Shown here in pieces: positions 31,065 through 42,796 of a DNA stretch of 64,000 bases. This stretch comes from an uncultured Pelagibacteraceae bacterium (GTDB lineage Bacteria; Pseudomonadota; Alphaproteobacteria; Pelagibacterales; Pelagibacteraceae), in NCBI GenBank assembly GCA_902584365.1, contig CACHZG010000004.1, forward strand, positions 4,412 to 68,411. The letters run 5' to 3'. A model generated the notes under the pieces. That model saw nothing but the letters and a program-made list of their open reading frames with translations. It did not search any database and had not been told where the DNA came from. The first letter of the stretch is position 1; each line of letters begins with the position of its first letter. A program made the translations under genes and the position numbers.

Positions 31065-32971
31065 TTTTTATTATTTTTTGCAAAAACTATATTTGAAACG
31101 AGCGTTTGCTCAACTTTTTCTACAATTGATTTATAACTTAAACCTGCCTTAATATACATTTTTTCAGGGGTATCTTGATCGAGAAACTCATCAGGTAGGA
31201 TCATTGACCTAAATTTCAAACCATTATCAAATACACCCCTTTCTGATAAAAGTTGTGAAACATGAGAGCCGAACCCTCCTATTGAGCCCTCTTCAATCGT
31301 AATTAATGCTTCGTGACTAGTTGCAATTTCCATAATTAATTTTTCATCTAATGGTTTAACAAATCGGGCATCAACTATTGTAATATTGATTCCTTTTTTT
31401 GATAAAACTTCAGAAGCTTTTTTGCATTCTTGTAATCTTGCACCAAAATTAAGTAGAGCTATTCTTTTACCCTCTTGAATCAATTTAGCTTTGCCTATTT
31501 TTAATACTTCATTTATATTTGGTAATTCAATTCCTATACCGTTTCCTCTCGGATATCTAAATGCGGATGGTCTATCATTTATCATGATTGATGTATTGAT
31601 CATTCTAACTAGCTCTGCTTCATCACTTGCAGCCATTACAATAAAATTAGGTAGTGTTGCTAGATACGTTATGTCAAATGATCCTGCATGTGTTGGTCCA
31701 TCAGCACCAACTAAGCCAGCTCTGTCAATAGCAAATCTCACTGGTAATGATTGAAGAGCAACATCGTGAACAATCTGATCATATGCTCTCTGTAAAAAGG
31801 TTGAATAAATAGCAGCAAAAGGTTTATAGCCTTCTGTTGTCAAGCCAGCAGCAAATGTAACTGCATGCTGCTCGGCTATTCCAACATCAAACATTCTTTC
31901 CGGAAACCTTTTCTCAAAAAGATTTAACCCTGTACCTGAAGGCATTGCACCAGTTATACCAATGATTTTTGTATCCTTTTCTGCGTGTTTAATTAAAGTT
32001 TCAGCAAATACTTTTGTGTAGGAGGGCACATTTGATTTTGACTTACTCTGCTGACCAGTGGACACATTAAATTTTGACACACCATGATATTTGTCACCTG
32101 AGTCTTCCGCAGGTTTATATCCCTTACCTTTTTGAGTAATTGCATGAATTAAAATTGGACCTTGATGATTCGAGTCTTTTACGTTTTCAAATATTTGAAC
32201 CAAATGATTAATATCATGACCATCAATAGGACCTATATAATAGAAACCCAGCTCACTAAATAAAGTTCCACCCGAAACTATTCCTCGTAATATATCTTCT
32301 GCTTTTCCAGCTTTTTTTAAAAACCTTTTCGAGAAAGATGATATTATCAATTTAATAGTTTCTCTAAAACTAAAATATAATTTTCCTGATAGTAATTTTG
32401 ATAAATATTTGCTCATAGCGCCTACTGGTTTTGCTATGGACATATCATTATCGTTTAGGATCACTATTAATTTTGATTTTAGTGCACCAGCATTATTCAT
32501 AGCTTCATAGGCCATACCAGCACTCATCGCTCCATCGCCAATAACGGCAATCACATCATTTTTATCATTCGATAATTTTTTTGCTACAGCCATACCCAGA
32601 GTTGAAGATATGGAAGTAGAACTATGTGCTGCTCCGAATGGATCATATTCACTTTCGGTTCGCTTAGTAAAACCTGATAAGCCTCCACCTTTACGTAAAG
32701 TTCTAATTTCATTTTTTCTACCCGTTAAAATTTTATGCGGGTAACATTGATGACTTACATCCCAAACTAACTTATCTTTTGGAGTGTTAAATACATAATG
32801 TAATGCAACTGTAAGCTCAACGACTCCTAAGCCTGCGCCTAGATGACCTCCAGTCTCAGAAACAACATCGATTAGTTCCTCTCTTAACTCTTGGGCTAAT
32901 TGTTTAAGCTGGCTTGATTTTAGTTTTCTTAAATCGACGGGATAATTTATATTGTCAATAAGTCTACTCAT
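31061..32971 (-). CDS. dxs: 1-deoxy-D-xylulose-5-phosphate synthase
   Basis: [44 protein letters not shown]. Confidence 0.97.
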   Translation of the reverse strand: MSRLIDNINYPVDLRKLKSSQLKQLAQELREELIDVVSETGGHLGAGLGVVELTVALHYVFNTPKDKLVWDVSHQCYPHKILTGRKNEIRTLRKGGGLSGFTKRTESEYDPFGAAHSSTSISSTLGMAVAKKLSNDKNDVIAVIGDGAMSAGMAYEAMNNAGALKSKLIVILNDNDMSIAKPVGAMSKYLSKLLSGKLYFSFRETIKLIISSFSKRFLKKAGKAEDILRGIVSGGTLFSELGFYYIGPIDGHDINHLVQIFENVKDSNHQGPILIHAITQKGKGYKPAEDSGDKYHGVSKFNVSTGQQSKSKSNVPSYTKVFAETLIKHAEKDTKIIGITGAMPSGTGLNLFEKRFPERMFDVGIAEQHAVTFAAGLTTEGYKPFAAIYSTFLQRAYDQIVHDVALQSLPVRFAIDRAGLVGADGPTHAGSFDITYLATLPNFIVMAASDEAELVRMINTSIMINDRPSAFRYPRGNGIGIELPNINEVLKIGKAKLIQEGKRIALLNFGARLQECKKASEVLSKKGINITIVDARFVKPLDEKLIMEIATSHEALITIEEGSIGGFGSHVSQLLSERGVFDNGLKFRSMILPDEFLDQDTPEKMYIKAGLSYKSIVEKVEQTLVSNIVFAKNNKN

Positions 32972-33846
32972 TAAAAATTTCTCTCTAGTATAAAGTTAAC
33001 AGTTTCTTTCAAACTATTAGCTTTTTTTCCATACCTATTTAATTTTCTTATTATATCTAATTTTAATTTTAAAGCATAACTTAAAGTCTTTTCCTCTCCA
33101 ATTAATCTTATTAGAGTTGATTTGCCTTTTTTTTGGTCCTGTTTTGTTGGTTTCCCTGTCTTTTTCTGTGATCCCTTTAAATCTAGTAGATCATCTGAGA
33201 TCTGAAATAATAATCCTATTTCTTCACCTAATTCAGACATAAATTTTATTTCTTTTTTTTCTCTACTCGCTATTAACGTCGGAGCATAACAGCAAAAGTT
33301 AAATAATTTTCCTGTTTTTTTTCTTTGCATATTAAGAATTTGATTAAGACTTTTACTTTTTTTTTCAAAACTTAAATCAAGTTGTTGACCGCCTGCAATT
33401 CCCGAGTGACCAGAGCAGAGTGATAATGTTTTAATCAGTCTGTTTTTTTTTTCATCTTTGATTAAAAAATTTTTTTCACTTAATATTTCAAAACCAAGAG
33501 TTAAAAGCGAATTTCCAGCAAGAACTGCTGTGGACTCACCAAATTTTATATGCGCAGATGGCTTACCTCTTCTTATCTTATCATCGTCCATACAAGGAAG
33601 ATCATCATGGATTAATGAGTAAGAATGTATACATTCTACTGCAGCACAGACATTTAGTAATTGGTCAATTTTTAAGTTAAATATTTTTCCGGTATTAATA
33701 ATAATTGTTGATCTTATTTTTTTTCCACCATTAAGAATTCCATATTTCATTGGAATTATTAAACCAGAGTTTATTTGTTTTTTTAAATATTTTGTTAGAA
33801 AATTATCTATTATCTTTGCATTTTTTCTAAATTCATTTACTGGCAT
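32971..33846 (-). CDS. ispA: Farnesyl diphosphate synthase
   Basis: [32 protein letters not shown]; xseB-ispA-dxs synteny. Confidence 0.93.
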   Translation of the reverse strand: MPVNEFRKNAKIIDNFLTKYLKKQINSGLIIPMKYGILNGGKKIRSTIIINTGKIFNLKIDQLLNVCAAVECIHSYSLIHDDLPCMDDDKIRRGKPSAHIKFGESTAVLAGNSLLTLGFEILSEKNFLIKDEKKNRLIKTLSLCSGHSGIAGGQQLDLSFEKKSKSLNQILNMQRKKTGKLFNFCCYAPTLIASREKKEIKFMSELGEEIGLLFQISDDLLDLKGSQKKTGKPTKQDQKKGKSTLIRLIGEEKTLSYALKLKLDIIRKLNRYGKKANSLKETVNFILERNF

Positions 33847-33851
33847 TAAAG

Positions 33852-34058
33852 TTATTTTTTTTCCGTTAATTCTTTAAGTTTTTTTTTAAATAGACTATCC
33901 ATGTGCTTGGAAAGTTTAAGTAAACGATCATAATCTTTTTTTGAGGTTTCTAGATCGCTATTTTTATCTTCTAATTTCCTTAATATCTCATTAATTTCAT
34001 CTTTTGTATCTTTTATTGATTTACTATTAATGTCATTTGGAATATTTTCATTTTTCAT
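33852..34058 (-). CDS. xseB: Exonuclease VII small subunit (divergent)
   Basis: 68-aa helical protein (EINEILRKLE..DLETS..Y) at the canonical position upstream of ispA. Confidence 0.7.
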   Translation of the reverse strand: MKNENIPNDINSKSIKDTKDEINEILRKLEDKNSDLETSKKDYDRLLKLSKHMDSLFKKKLKELTEKK

Positions 34059-34079
34059 AAGTTATATAATAATTACATT

Positions 34080-35027
34080 ATGAATAATATCTATTCAAAC
34101 ATTAAAAAACTTAATAGTAAAATACAATTAAAGGTAATTCATATTTTAAATAATGATGGCTTAATAGCTCTACCAACTGAGACTGTTTATGGTTTAGCTG
34201 GGAACGCCTATTCACACAGGGCTGTAAATAAAATATTTAAAATAAAGAACAGGCCAAAAATAAATCCAATAATTGTGCATTATTTCACTCTTAAAGATGC
34301 CTCAAAAGATGTTTTTTTTTCAAAAGAGTTTTTGAGGCTTCACAGATATTTCTGTCCTGGACCAATCACTTTTATTTTAAAGAAAAAGAAATACTCTAAT
34401 TTAAATAAACTTACTACAGCTGGTTTAGACTCTGTAGCTGTTAGATTTCCAAAGCATAAAGTTTTAAGAAAAATTCTTAAGAAAATAAATTTTCCTCTTG
34501 CTATGCCAAGTGCTAACAAATCTGGGAAAGTAAGTCCCACATGCGCCAAACATGTTTATAATCAATTTGGAAAAAAGATTATTATTGTAGATGGAGGAAA
34601 TTCTACGGTTGGCATTGAGTCTACCGTGGTAGATTTGACTTCCGGTATGTCCATATTAAGACCAGGTATAATAAGCTCGAGTCAAATTCAAAAAGTTGTG
34701 GGTAAAAAAATAACTTACAAAAAAAATAGAAAAATAAGATCGCCGGGAAACTTAAAAAATCACTACTCGCCTGGTATTCCAATAAAATTAAATGTGAAAA
34801 AGGCAGAGAAAAATTCTGCTTTTATTACATTTGGGAAAAAATTTAAAAATAATAAAGATGTATATAATCTAAGTGAAAAATCAAATCTTGAAGATGCAGC
34901 TAAAAATCTTTACAAAACTTTAATTAAGATTAAGAAAAAAAAATATAAAAAAATTTCAGTAATGAAAATTCCTAATATTGGGGTTGGTATAGCTATTAAT
35001 GACAGATTAAAAAGAGCAGCAAAATGA
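34080..35027 (+). CDS. sua5: L-threonylcarbamoyladenylate synthase (Sua5/TsaC2)
   Basis: PTETVYGL, KNRP..NP, PGP, PSANKSG, ESTVVD, SPG...HYSP, AINDRLKRA. Confidence 0.93.
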   Translation: MNNIYSNIKKLNSKIQLKVIHILNNDGLIALPTETVYGLAGNAYSHRAVNKIFKIKNRPKINPIIVHYFTLKDASKDVFFSKEFLRLHRYFCPGPITFILKKKKYSNLNKLTTAGLDSVAVRFPKHKVLRKILKKINFPLAMPSANKSGKVSPTCAKHVYNQFGKKIIIVDGGNSTVGIESTVVDLTSGMSILRPGIISSSQIQKVVGKKITYKKNRKIRSPGNLKNHYSPGIPIKLNVKKAEKNSAFITFGKKFKNNKDVYNLSEKSNLEDAAKNLYKTLIKIKKKKYKKISVMKIPNIGVGIAINDRLKRAAK

Positions 35028-35746
35028 ATGTGAAAGTAAAAGATTTATTCAAAAAATTTGAAAATAAAATTGCTGTGAGCGGAATAAATTTTGATATTAA
35101 AGAAAATTCTACTTTAGGGTTACTAGGACCAAACGGTTGTGGAAAAACAACTACTATCGGTATGATCTTAGGTTTAATTAAACCTTCGCGAGGTGAAATA
35201 TTTATTGATGGAATAGACATAAATAAAAACGATAGAATCAGATTACTTGAAAAAATAAATTTTGCCTCTCCTTATATTGAATTACCAAAAAAATTGACAG
35301 TAAGACAAAACCTTGAAATATTTGCGAGACTTTACGGTGTCAGTGACACAGAAAATTCTATTGATCAAATTGCAAATGATTTAGATTTAAAAAAATTTAT
35401 TAATAAAAAGACGGGAGAATTATCTTCAGGACAAAAAAATCGTGTTTCTCTTGCAAAATCTTTGATAAATGAGCCTAAGCTTTTATTATTAGATGAACCC
35501 ACTGCTAGCTTAGATCCAGACATAGGTGACTTTATAAGGAGCTATCTTGAAGACTATAAAAGAAAAAAGAATGTTACAATTTTATTGGCTTCACATAATA
35601 TGTCAGAAGTTGAAAGATTGTGCGATGAGGTTATTATGATGAAAAATGGTAATCTTGTAGATGAAGGCACTTGTGATCAGCTTATTAAGAAACATGGTAG
35701 ATCTAATTTAGAGGAAACTTTTTTAAAAATAGCTCGAGGTAAATAA
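35024..35746 (+). CDS. ABC exporter ATP-binding subunit
   Basis: GPNGCGKTT, LSSGQ, LLDEPT, SH switch. Confidence 0.93.
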   Translation: MNVKVKDLFKKFENKIAVSGINFDIKENSTLGLLGPNGCGKTTTIGMILGLIKPSRGEIFIDGIDINKNDRIRLLEKINFASPYIELPKKLTVRQNLEIFARLYGVSDTENSIDQIANDLDLKKFINKKTGELSSGQKNRVSLAKSLINEPKLLLLDEPTASLDPDIGDFIRSYLEDYKRKKNVTILLASHNMSEVERLCDEVIMMKNGNLVDEGTCDQLIKKHGRSNLEETFLKIARGK

Positions 35747-36537
35747 TGAATTTCAGTAAGATATACGCACTTAGTTTAAGACATATATTTTTAATTAAAA
35801 GTTCTTTTCCAAGATTATTGGATCTTTTATATTGGCCAACAATACAAATTTTTTTATGGGGATTTATTTCAAAGTTTTTTACTTTAAATTCTACTTACTA
35901 TAATAACACTGTAGGAGTAATTTTAACTGCAGCAATACTTTATGATTTTCTATTTAGATCTAGCATCAGTTATAATATGATGTTTTTAGAGGAAATTTGG
36001 AGCAGAAACTTTACAAATTTATTCATTTCACCAATAAAGATAAGTGAGATTATTGCTGCACTTACATTGACCGCTATTTTTAGGACTTTAATTGGGATGG
36101 TTCCAGCTTCATTAATTGCTATTCCTCTATTTGGTGTATCTATTTTTTCCATAGGGCCTGCTTTAATATTTTTACTTATTAGTCTTTATATTTTCGGAGT
36201 AACCCTTGGATTATTAGTAACTGCTGGATTAATAAGATTTGGACCTTCTTTTGAAAATATTGCATGGGCCAGTTTGTTTTTTTTGGCTCCTTTAGGATGT
36301 ATTTATTATCCAGTTGAAATACTACCTCAATGGTTGCAGTTAATAGCAAATGCTTTACCTCTAGTACATTTATTCGAAGAAATGAGAAATATACTCATTA
36401 ATAACACAGTAAGTTATCTTCCGATCATGAAAGGATTTTTTATTTCACTTGTTTATTTTGCTTTCGGCATTTTTATTTTTTATTTAGCTTACTTTGGTGC
36501 AAGAGTGAGGGGAACATTAATTAATATGGGAGAGTAA
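35746..36537 (+). CDS. ABC-2 type exporter permease
   Basis: About six TM segments, YYPVEILPQWLQ..A..LP motif; translationally coupled to the ATPase. Confidence 0.88.
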   Translation: MNFSKIYALSLRHIFLIKSSFPRLLDLLYWPTIQIFLWGFISKFFTLNSTYYNNTVGVILTAAILYDFLFRSSISYNMMFLEEIWSRNFTNLFISPIKISEIIAALTLTAIFRTLIGMVPASLIAIPLFGVSIFSIGPALIFLLISLYIFGVTLGLLVTAGLIRFGPSFENIAWASLFFLAPLGCIYYPVEILPQWLQLIANALPLVHLFEEMRNILINNTVSYLPIMKGFFISLVYFAFGIFIFYLAYFGARVRGTLINMGE

Positions 36538-37352
36538 TGAAACTAATTGATTGTTTTATGTACTTTGATGAAGATTTGATTTTAGATATAAGGTTAAATG
36601 TTCTTAAAAATATTGTTGATAAATTTGTAATTGTAGAAGCCAAAAAAGATCACGCTGGTAATAAAAAAAACTTAAATTTTGATATTGAAAATTTTTCAAA
36701 ATTCAGAGATAAAATTCATTATATTGCAATAGATGACTTGCCAGTAACTAAAAATTTTTTTAAAAAAAATTGGAGATCCGAGTGGCACACTGAAAATGCT
36801 CACAGAAATAAACTAGAATTAGGCTATTTAGATGCTTCTGATAATGATTTGATAATGATCTCAGATATAGATGAAATACCAAATCCAAAAATAATTAAAA
36901 ATTTTAAATTAGAAAATATTTATGGTTGTTTTATGCAGATGAATTTACAAAAGAAAATAAATCTTTTAAACAAAGATATTAAAGAGTGGCCAGGAACAAA
37001 AATATGTCAAAAAAAAAATTTACGATCACCTCAATGGCTAAGGAATATCAAAATTAAAAAAAGACCTTTTTGGAAATTTTTTAAGCCTAGACAACCTCAA
37101 CTAATGTATAACGGGGGATGGCACTTCAGCTTTCTTAAAAACTCAAAAAATATTTCAAAAAAAATAAAATCTTTTGTTCATCAAGAATTAAACCAGGAAA
37201 AATTTACAAATATTGAAAATATAGAAAAAAGGATAAGTGAAAACAAAGATATTTTTGATAGAAATTACAATTATGTTAAAGTTATGATTGATGAAAATTT
37301 TCCAGATTATATTTTAAAGAATAAGGAAAAATTTAAAGATTGGATTATATGA
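36537..37352 (+). CDS. GT17-family glycosyltransferase (GnT-III-like)
   Basis: IDCFMYFDE..LDIRL, VDKFVIVEA, ISDIDEIP, GGWHFSF, KIKSFVHQE. Confidence 0.8.
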   Translation: MKLIDCFMYFDEDLILDIRLNVLKNIVDKFVIVEAKKDHAGNKKNLNFDIENFSKFRDKIHYIAIDDLPVTKNFFKKNWRSEWHTENAHRNKLELGYLDASDNDLIMISDIDEIPNPKIIKNFKLENIYGCFMQMNLQKKINLLNKDIKEWPGTKICQKKNLRSPQWLRNIKIKKRPFWKFFKPRQPQLMYNGGWHFSFLKNSKNISKKIKSFVHQELNQEKFTNIENIEKRISENKDIFDRNYNYVKVMIDENFPDYILKNKEKFKDWII

Positions 37353-37356
37353 AATT

Positions 37357-37433
37357 TGGTGCGCCTGGAAGGAGTTGAACCCTCAACCTTCTGATCCGAA
37401 GTCAGACGCTCTATCCAGTTGAGCTACAAGCGC
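37357..37433 (-). tRNA. tRNA-Arg(TCG)
   Basis: GCGCTTG acceptor, anticodon arm TCTGA-CTTCGGA-TCAGA, GGTTCAA T-loop, encoded CCA, 77 nt. Confidence 0.95.
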
Positions 37434-37454
37434 ATCAGTAATAATTAATTTAAA

Positions 37455-38438
37455 ATGAGTGATAAAACAATAGAATTTTTAGTAAAAGAAAATGATGAGC
37501 TTGAGAGATTAGACTTATTTCTAAAGTCAAAAATGAACCCAATTTCAAGATCAAGTATTCAAAAATTTATAGATCAGGGGTTGGTGAATTTAAATGGACG
37601 TCAAGAATATTCTTATTCAAAAAAATTAAAAAATAGAGATAAAGTTCAGATTCAAATTTTATCAAAATCAGAATTAAAAATAATCCCAAGCGAATTACCA
37701 ATTTCAATAGTTCATGAGGATGAAAGTTTACTTGTGATAGATAAACAAGCCGGGATGGTAGTACATCCAGGGGCAGGAAATAAAAAAGACACATTAGTGA
37801 ATGCTCTTATACATAAATTTGAAAATACTTTATCAACATTAAGTGGTAGTGATAGACCAGGTATAGTTCATAGAATTGACAAGGAAACAAGTGGATTATT
37901 AGTTGTTGCAAAAGATAATATTTCTCACCAAAAGCTTTCAGATCAATTTGTAAAACATAATATTTTTAGAAAATATATAGCATTAGTTTGGGGCGTACTA
38001 CGTCCTTTGAATGGAAAAATTTCTACTTTTATAAAAAGAGATAATCGAAACAGACAAAAAATGATAACACACGAAACGAAGGGGAAAAAGGCGATCACTA
38101 ATTATAATACAATAAAAGTTTTTCAATCGCACGATATACCTAAAATCAGTTTGATAGAATTTGAACTTGAGACTGGAAGAACTCATCAAATACGTGTGCA
38201 TATGGATTTTAAAAAAACTAATATTATAGGAGATAAAATTTATGGAAAAAAAAGGATAAAATATAAAAAAATTAATCATGAATTTGAAAAGAAAATTTTA
38301 AGTTTAAATGGTCAACTTTTACATGCAAGTGAGCTTGGATTTATTCATCCAAAAAGCCAAAAATTTTTAAAATTTGAAAGCAAACCTCCCAAAGTATTTA
38401 GAAATATATATGATTTACTTGAGAAACTTGGCAATTGA
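37455..38438 (+). CDS. rluD: 23S rRNA pseudouridine synthase RluD
   Basis: S4 domain (ERLD..SRS), DKQAGMVVHPG, GIVHRIDKETSGL, TGRTHQIRVH. Confidence 0.93.
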   Translation: MSDKTIEFLVKENDELERLDLFLKSKMNPISRSSIQKFIDQGLVNLNGRQEYSYSKKLKNRDKVQIQILSKSELKIIPSELPISIVHEDESLLVIDKQAGMVVHPGAGNKKDTLVNALIHKFENTLSTLSGSDRPGIVHRIDKETSGLLVVAKDNISHQKLSDQFVKHNIFRKYIALVWGVLRPLNGKISTFIKRDNRNRQKMITHETKGKKAITNYNTIKVFQSHDIPKISLIEFELETGRTHQIRVHMDFKKTNIIGDKIYGKKRIKYKKINHEFEKKILSLNGQLLHASELGFIHPKSQKFLKFESKPPKVFRNIYDLLEKLGN

Positions 38439-38471
38439 AATTTCTGCATTTACATATAAATAATAATTCAA

Positions 38472-39365
38472 ATGAGTAAAAAAAATTTAAATAATTTACC
38501 AATACCTACCTCGGGTGGACTATCAATTTATCTTTCTCAAATTAAAAAGTTCCCGATGCTAGATGCGGAAGAAGAATATATGCTAGCAAAAAATTGGAGA
38601 GATAGCGGTAATTTAAAATCAGCCCATAAACTAGTAACAAGTCATTTAAGATTAGTAGCGAAAATTGCGATGGGGTATAGAGGATACGGATTGCCGATGA
38701 ATGAAATTATTTCTGAAGGTAATATCGGTTTAATGCAAGCTGTAAAGAGATTTGATCCCGATAAAGGTTTTAGATTAGCAACTTATGCTATGTGGTGGAT
38801 AAAAGCAGCTATTCAGGAATATGTTTTAAAATCTTGGAGTCTAGTAAAAATGGGAACAACAGCAGCTCAAAAAAAACTATTTTTCAACTTAAAAAAAATT
38901 AAAAAACAGATAGCTCCTAATCAGGAAGGCGATTTGAAGGACAGTCAGGTAAATGAAATATCAAGGAGATTAGATGTAGATAAAAATGAAGTTATTAATA
39001 TGAATAGAAGACTGATGGGTCAGGAAAAATCTCTTAATGATCCAATTAAGGACGGAGAGAATACAGAATGGCAGGATTGGTTGGTAGATGAAGGTATGGA
39101 TCAGGAATTATTGACATCACAGAAACAGGAGCTTGAAGATAAAAAGGAGTTACTTTACAAATCAATTGGAATTTTAAATGAAAGGGAAAAAAAAATTTTA
39201 GAGGATAGAAGATTAAGTGAAACTCCTAAGACACTAGACGAATTAAGTAAAAAATATAAAATCAGTAGAGAGAGAATAAGACAAATTGAAACAAAAGCTT
39301 TTGAAAAGTTACAAAAAGCAATGATAAATTCTAGTAAATCAAAAAACTTGTTACCTTCAAATTAA
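38472..39365 (+). CDS. rpoH: RNA polymerase heat-shock sigma factor
   Basis: RpoH box [32 protein letters not shown]. Confidence 0.96.
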   Translation: MSKKNLNNLPIPTSGGLSIYLSQIKKFPMLDAEEEYMLAKNWRDSGNLKSAHKLVTSHLRLVAKIAMGYRGYGLPMNEIISEGNIGLMQAVKRFDPDKGFRLATYAMWWIKAAIQEYVLKSWSLVKMGTTAAQKKLFFNLKKIKKQIAPNQEGDLKDSQVNEISRRLDVDKNEVINMNRRLMGQEKSLNDPIKDGENTEWQDWLVDEGMDQELLTSQKQELEDKKELLYKSIGILNEREKKILEDRRLSETPKTLDELSKKYKISRERIRQIETKAFEKLQKAMINSSKSKNLLPSN

Positions 39366-40654
39366 TTATCAAATGGATTTTCAATTAAAATAGTATCTTC
39401 TCGCTCAGGACTTGTAGATATACTTGCGATTTTTACTCCTATTAAACCCTCTATTTCTTTTATATATCGTTGAGCATTTTGCGGTAATTTTTCATTTTCT
39501 CTGAGGCCTTTTGTAGAGGTTTTCCAACCCTTAAGAGTTTTGTAAACAGGTTTTACTTTTATTTGATCTTCGACAGCTGTTGGGAAATAATCAATTTTTT
39601 TTCCATTTAATTCGTATTGTATACAAATTTTTATTTCTTCTAGTTCATCTAAAACATCAAGCTTAGTAAGAGCAATACCATTAATTCCAGAAATTTTACA
39701 TGTTTGTTTCACTAAAACAGAGTCAAACCACCCACATCTTCTTTGTCTATTAGTAACTGTTCCAAATTCATTTCCTCTTCTTCCTAAAAGAGCACCTATA
39801 TCATTGGTTAATTCAGTTGGAAATGGTCCTTCTCCGACTCTGGTCGTATACGCTTTAGTTATACCTAGAATATATCCTAGAGAATCAGGTCCACATCCTG
39901 AACCAATTGAAGCACTTGCTGCTACGGTATTTGATGATGTAACAAATGGATAAGTTCCATGATCGACATCTAAAAGTATTCCTTGAGCACCTTCAAATAA
40001 TATTTTTTTTCCTAAGTTTTTATAATTATCTAATATCTTCCATGTTGGTTTAGCAAATTTAAGAACCTTATCTGCTATCATCATTAACTCATTTTTCAAT
40101 TTATTTTTTTCGTAAACCTTTTTTCCTAATCCTTTTCTTATAGCGTTGTGGTGCATTAAAACAGTATCTAATCTTTGATTTAAATTATTTTCAGATCTTA
40201 AATCCATAACTCTAATTGAACGTCGACCAACTTTATCTTCATATGCGGGGCCAATTCCTCTTCTTGTAGTTCCTATCTTAGCCTTACCAGCAGTATCTTC
40301 CCTTATCTCGTCCATTTCTTTATGAAATGGTAATATTAGTGTTGCGGACTCTGATAATATTAGATTGTCAGAGTTCACTGTAACTCCAAGTTTTTCTATA
40401 GAATTTATCTCCTCTAATAGTGCCCAAGGATCTACAACCACTCCATTGCCAATTACTGAAATTTTATCCTTTCTTACTATTCCTGATGGTAGTAATTTGA
40501 GTTTGTATGTTTTGCCATCAATGACAAGCGTGTGACCTGCGTTATGACCACCCTGAAATCTAACAACAACATCTGCTAAACTTGATAGCCAGTCAACAAT
40601 CTTACCTTTGCCTTCGTCACCCCATTGTGATCCTACAACAACTACATTTTTCAT
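39362..40654 (-). CDS. purA: Adenylosuccinate synthetase
   Basis: [37 protein letters not shown]. Confidence 0.98.
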   Translation of the reverse strand: MKNVVVVGSQWGDEGKGKIVDWLSSLADVVVRFQGGHNAGHTLVIDGKTYKLKLLPSGIVRKDKISVIGNGVVVDPWALLEEINSIEKLGVTVNSDNLILSESATLILPFHKEMDEIREDTAGKAKIGTTRRGIGPAYEDKVGRRSIRVMDLRSENNLNQRLDTVLMHHNAIRKGLGKKVYEKNKLKNELMMIADKVLKFAKPTWKILDNYKNLGKKILFEGAQGILLDVDHGTYPFVTSSNTVAASASIGSGCGPDSLGYILGITKAYTTRVGEGPFPTELTNDIGALLGRRGNEFGTVTNRQRRCGWFDSVLVKQTCKISGINGIALTKLDVLDELEEIKICIQYELNGKKIDYFPTAVEDQIKVKPVYKTLKGWKTSTKGLRENEKLPQNAQRYIKEIEGLIGVKIASISTSPEREDTILIENPFDN

Positions 40655-41463
40655 TAATTAAAACCTCTTTTCAAATTAAATGAAACTAAATGATTAATGG
40701 GGCCATGCCCTTTACCATAATTTACATTATTGTTTATCGCTTCATTAACATATTTTATTCCTAACTCACATGATTTTTTGATTTTTTTTCCACACGCAAA
40801 ATAAGTTGCAATCGCACTTGATAAACTACATCCTGTGCCGTGAGTATTCTTAGATCTAATTTTTTTGTTCATAAATATTTTATACTCACTTTTATTTAAA
40901 AATACGTCATTTACTTTTTTTCCTTTCATATGACCACCTTTAATTAAGATATTTTCTGCTCCCAATTTAAGTAATTTGTTTGCTGCCATTATCATATCCT
41001 TCGTATTATTAATCTTCATACCAGATAATATTTCAGCTTCTGGGATATTGGGAGTGACTAAACTAGAAATTTTAATAATTTTTTTTAATTTTAAAATAGC
41101 ATTATTATTAATAAGTGGATGGCCTCCCTTAGCAACCATTACAGGATCAATAATAATTTTCTTTATTTTACAATTTTTTACAGCTGCCATAACTTCATCT
41201 ATTACTTTTGAAGAGTGCAGCATTCCGATCTTTAAAGCATCGGGTCTTATATCTTTGCACGTTACTAATATTTGTTTTTTTATTTCCTTAGGTTTGATTG
41301 GAACTACTGAAAAAACCCCAGAGGTATTTTGTGAAGTTACCGCTGTAATTGCTGTCATTGCATAGCTACCTAAAGATGTAACAGTTTTAATATCCGCTTG
41401 AATTCCAGCACCTCCTGAAGAGTCAGATCCAGCAATAATTAAAATCTTAGATTTTGGTTTCAA
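40654..41463 (-). CDS. thiD: Hydroxymethylpyrimidine/phosphomethylpyrimidine kinase
   Basis: [34 protein letters not shown]. Confidence 0.95.
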   Translation of the reverse strand: MKPKSKILIIAGSDSSGGAGIQADIKTVTSLGSYAMTAITAVTSQNTSGVFSVVPIKPKEIKKQILVTCKDIRPDALKIGMLHSSKVIDEVMAAVKNCKIKKIIIDPVMVAKGGHPLINNNAILKLKKIIKISSLVTPNIPEAEILSGMKINNTKDMIMAANKLLKLGAENILIKGGHMKGKKVNDVFLNKSEYKIFMNKKIRSKNTHGTGCSLSSAIATYFACGKKIKKSCELGIKYVNEAINNNVNYGKGHGPINHLVSFNLKRGFN

Positions 41464-41464
41464 T

Positions 41465-42796
41465 TTATTTAATAATCTTTCTTAATTTTAAAATACATTT
41501 TTTTATTAAAGTTTTGTCATAAGACTCGGCCATTACTCTAATTTTAGGTTCCGTCCCGGATTTCCTTACCAAAATTCTACCTTTGTTGCCCATAATTTTG
41601 ATAGTTTGTTTTATAACGCTTTTACATTTTGAACTTTTAATAATTTCTTTGTTTTTAACTAAAATATTTACAAGTAATTGTGGGACAGGTTTAAAGATAT
41701 TGAATAACTTGCTGGCTACAATCCCTTTTCTAAGAGAGTATAAAACTTCCAATGCAACTAATAACCCGTCACCAGTTGTAGCAAATTTTCCCAATATTAT
41801 ATGTCCGGACTGTTCTCCACCTAGATTAAAATTATATTTCCTCATTTTTTCTTTTACATACCTATCTCCAACTTGAGATCTTTTAAATTTAATTTTTTGA
41901 TTTTTTAAATAATATTCTAATCCTAAATTAGACATTAAAGTACCGATTACACCACCTTTCAAAATTTTTTTATGTTTCCATCTCTTAGCTATCATTGCGA
42001 TAATTTGGTCTCCATCGACAATGTTTCCTTTTTCATCGCACATAATTATTCTATCGGCATCGCCATCAAATGATATACCGATATTTGCTTTATATTTTTT
42101 TACTTTAGCTTTAATATAATCAGGATACATTGAACCACAATTATCGTTAATGTTTAAGCCATTTGGTTTAATGCCAAAAGAAATTACTTTAGCTCCAAGT
42201 TCTTTAAGAAGTTTTGGGGCAGCTTTGTAACCAGCGCCATTAGCACAATCAACAACTATCTTTAAACCCTTTAAATTAAAGTTTTTTGGAAAATTTTTCT
42301 TTAAGATAGATATATATCGGTCATTACCATCCTCTAATCTTTTAACTCTCCCTAATATCTTTGGGTTTTCTAGTAGATATTTATTTTTTGAGTCTATTAA
42401 TCTTTCAATTTTTTTTTCAATTTTATCGGATAATTTCATTCCGTCTGGACCAAATAACTTTAGTCCATTGTCATAATAAGGATTATGAGAAGCTGTTATC
42501 ATAATTCCCATATTTGCCTTCATTTTTTTTGTCAACATTGCCAAGCCATTAGTTGGAAGTGGGCCAAGTGTAAATACATGCATGCCTCCTGAAGTTAGTC
42601 CAGAGACTAAAGCTGGCTCTAATGAGTATCCTGAAAGTCTCGTATCCTTTGCTATTATGGCGATCTGCTTATTTTTTTTTTGATTTTTAAAATATGTTGC
42701 AGATGCGAGACCAAATTTAAAAAATTTTTCTCCAGTGATATTTCCAGAATTAACCTTTCCTCTTATACCATCAGTACCAAAATATTTATTTTTCAT
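41465..42796 (-). CDS. glmM: Phosphoglucosamine mutase
   Basis: FGTDGIRG, TASHNP, DGDADR, GGEQSGH, SGTEP. Confidence 0.96.
   Translation of the reverse strand: MKNKYFGTDGIRGKVNSGNITGEKFFKFGLASATYFKNQKKNKQIAIIAKDTRLSGYSLEPALVSGLTSGGMHVFTLGPLPTNGLAMLTKKMKANMGIMITASHNPYYDNGLKLFGPDGMKLSDKIEKKIERLIDSKNKYLLENPKILGRVKRLEDGNDRYISILKKNFPKNFNLKGLKIVVDCANGAGYKAAPKLLKELGAKVISFGIKPNGLNINDNCGSMYPDYIKAKVKKYKANIGISFDGDADRIIMCDEKGNIVDGDQIIAMIAKRWKHKKILKGGVIGTLMSNLGLEYYLKNQKIKFKRSQVGDRYVKEKMRKYNFNLGGEQSGHIILGKFATTGDGLLVALEVLYSLRKGIVASKLFNIFKPVPQLLVNILVKNKEIIKSSKCKSVIKQTIKIMGNKGRILVRKSGTEPKIRVMAESYDKTLIKKCILKLRKIIK

Noticed and set aside
38427-38460. Possible sigma32 autoregulatory promoter upstream of rpoH
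   Set aside because: Spacing between TTGAAA and CATATA (12 nt) is too short for the consensus
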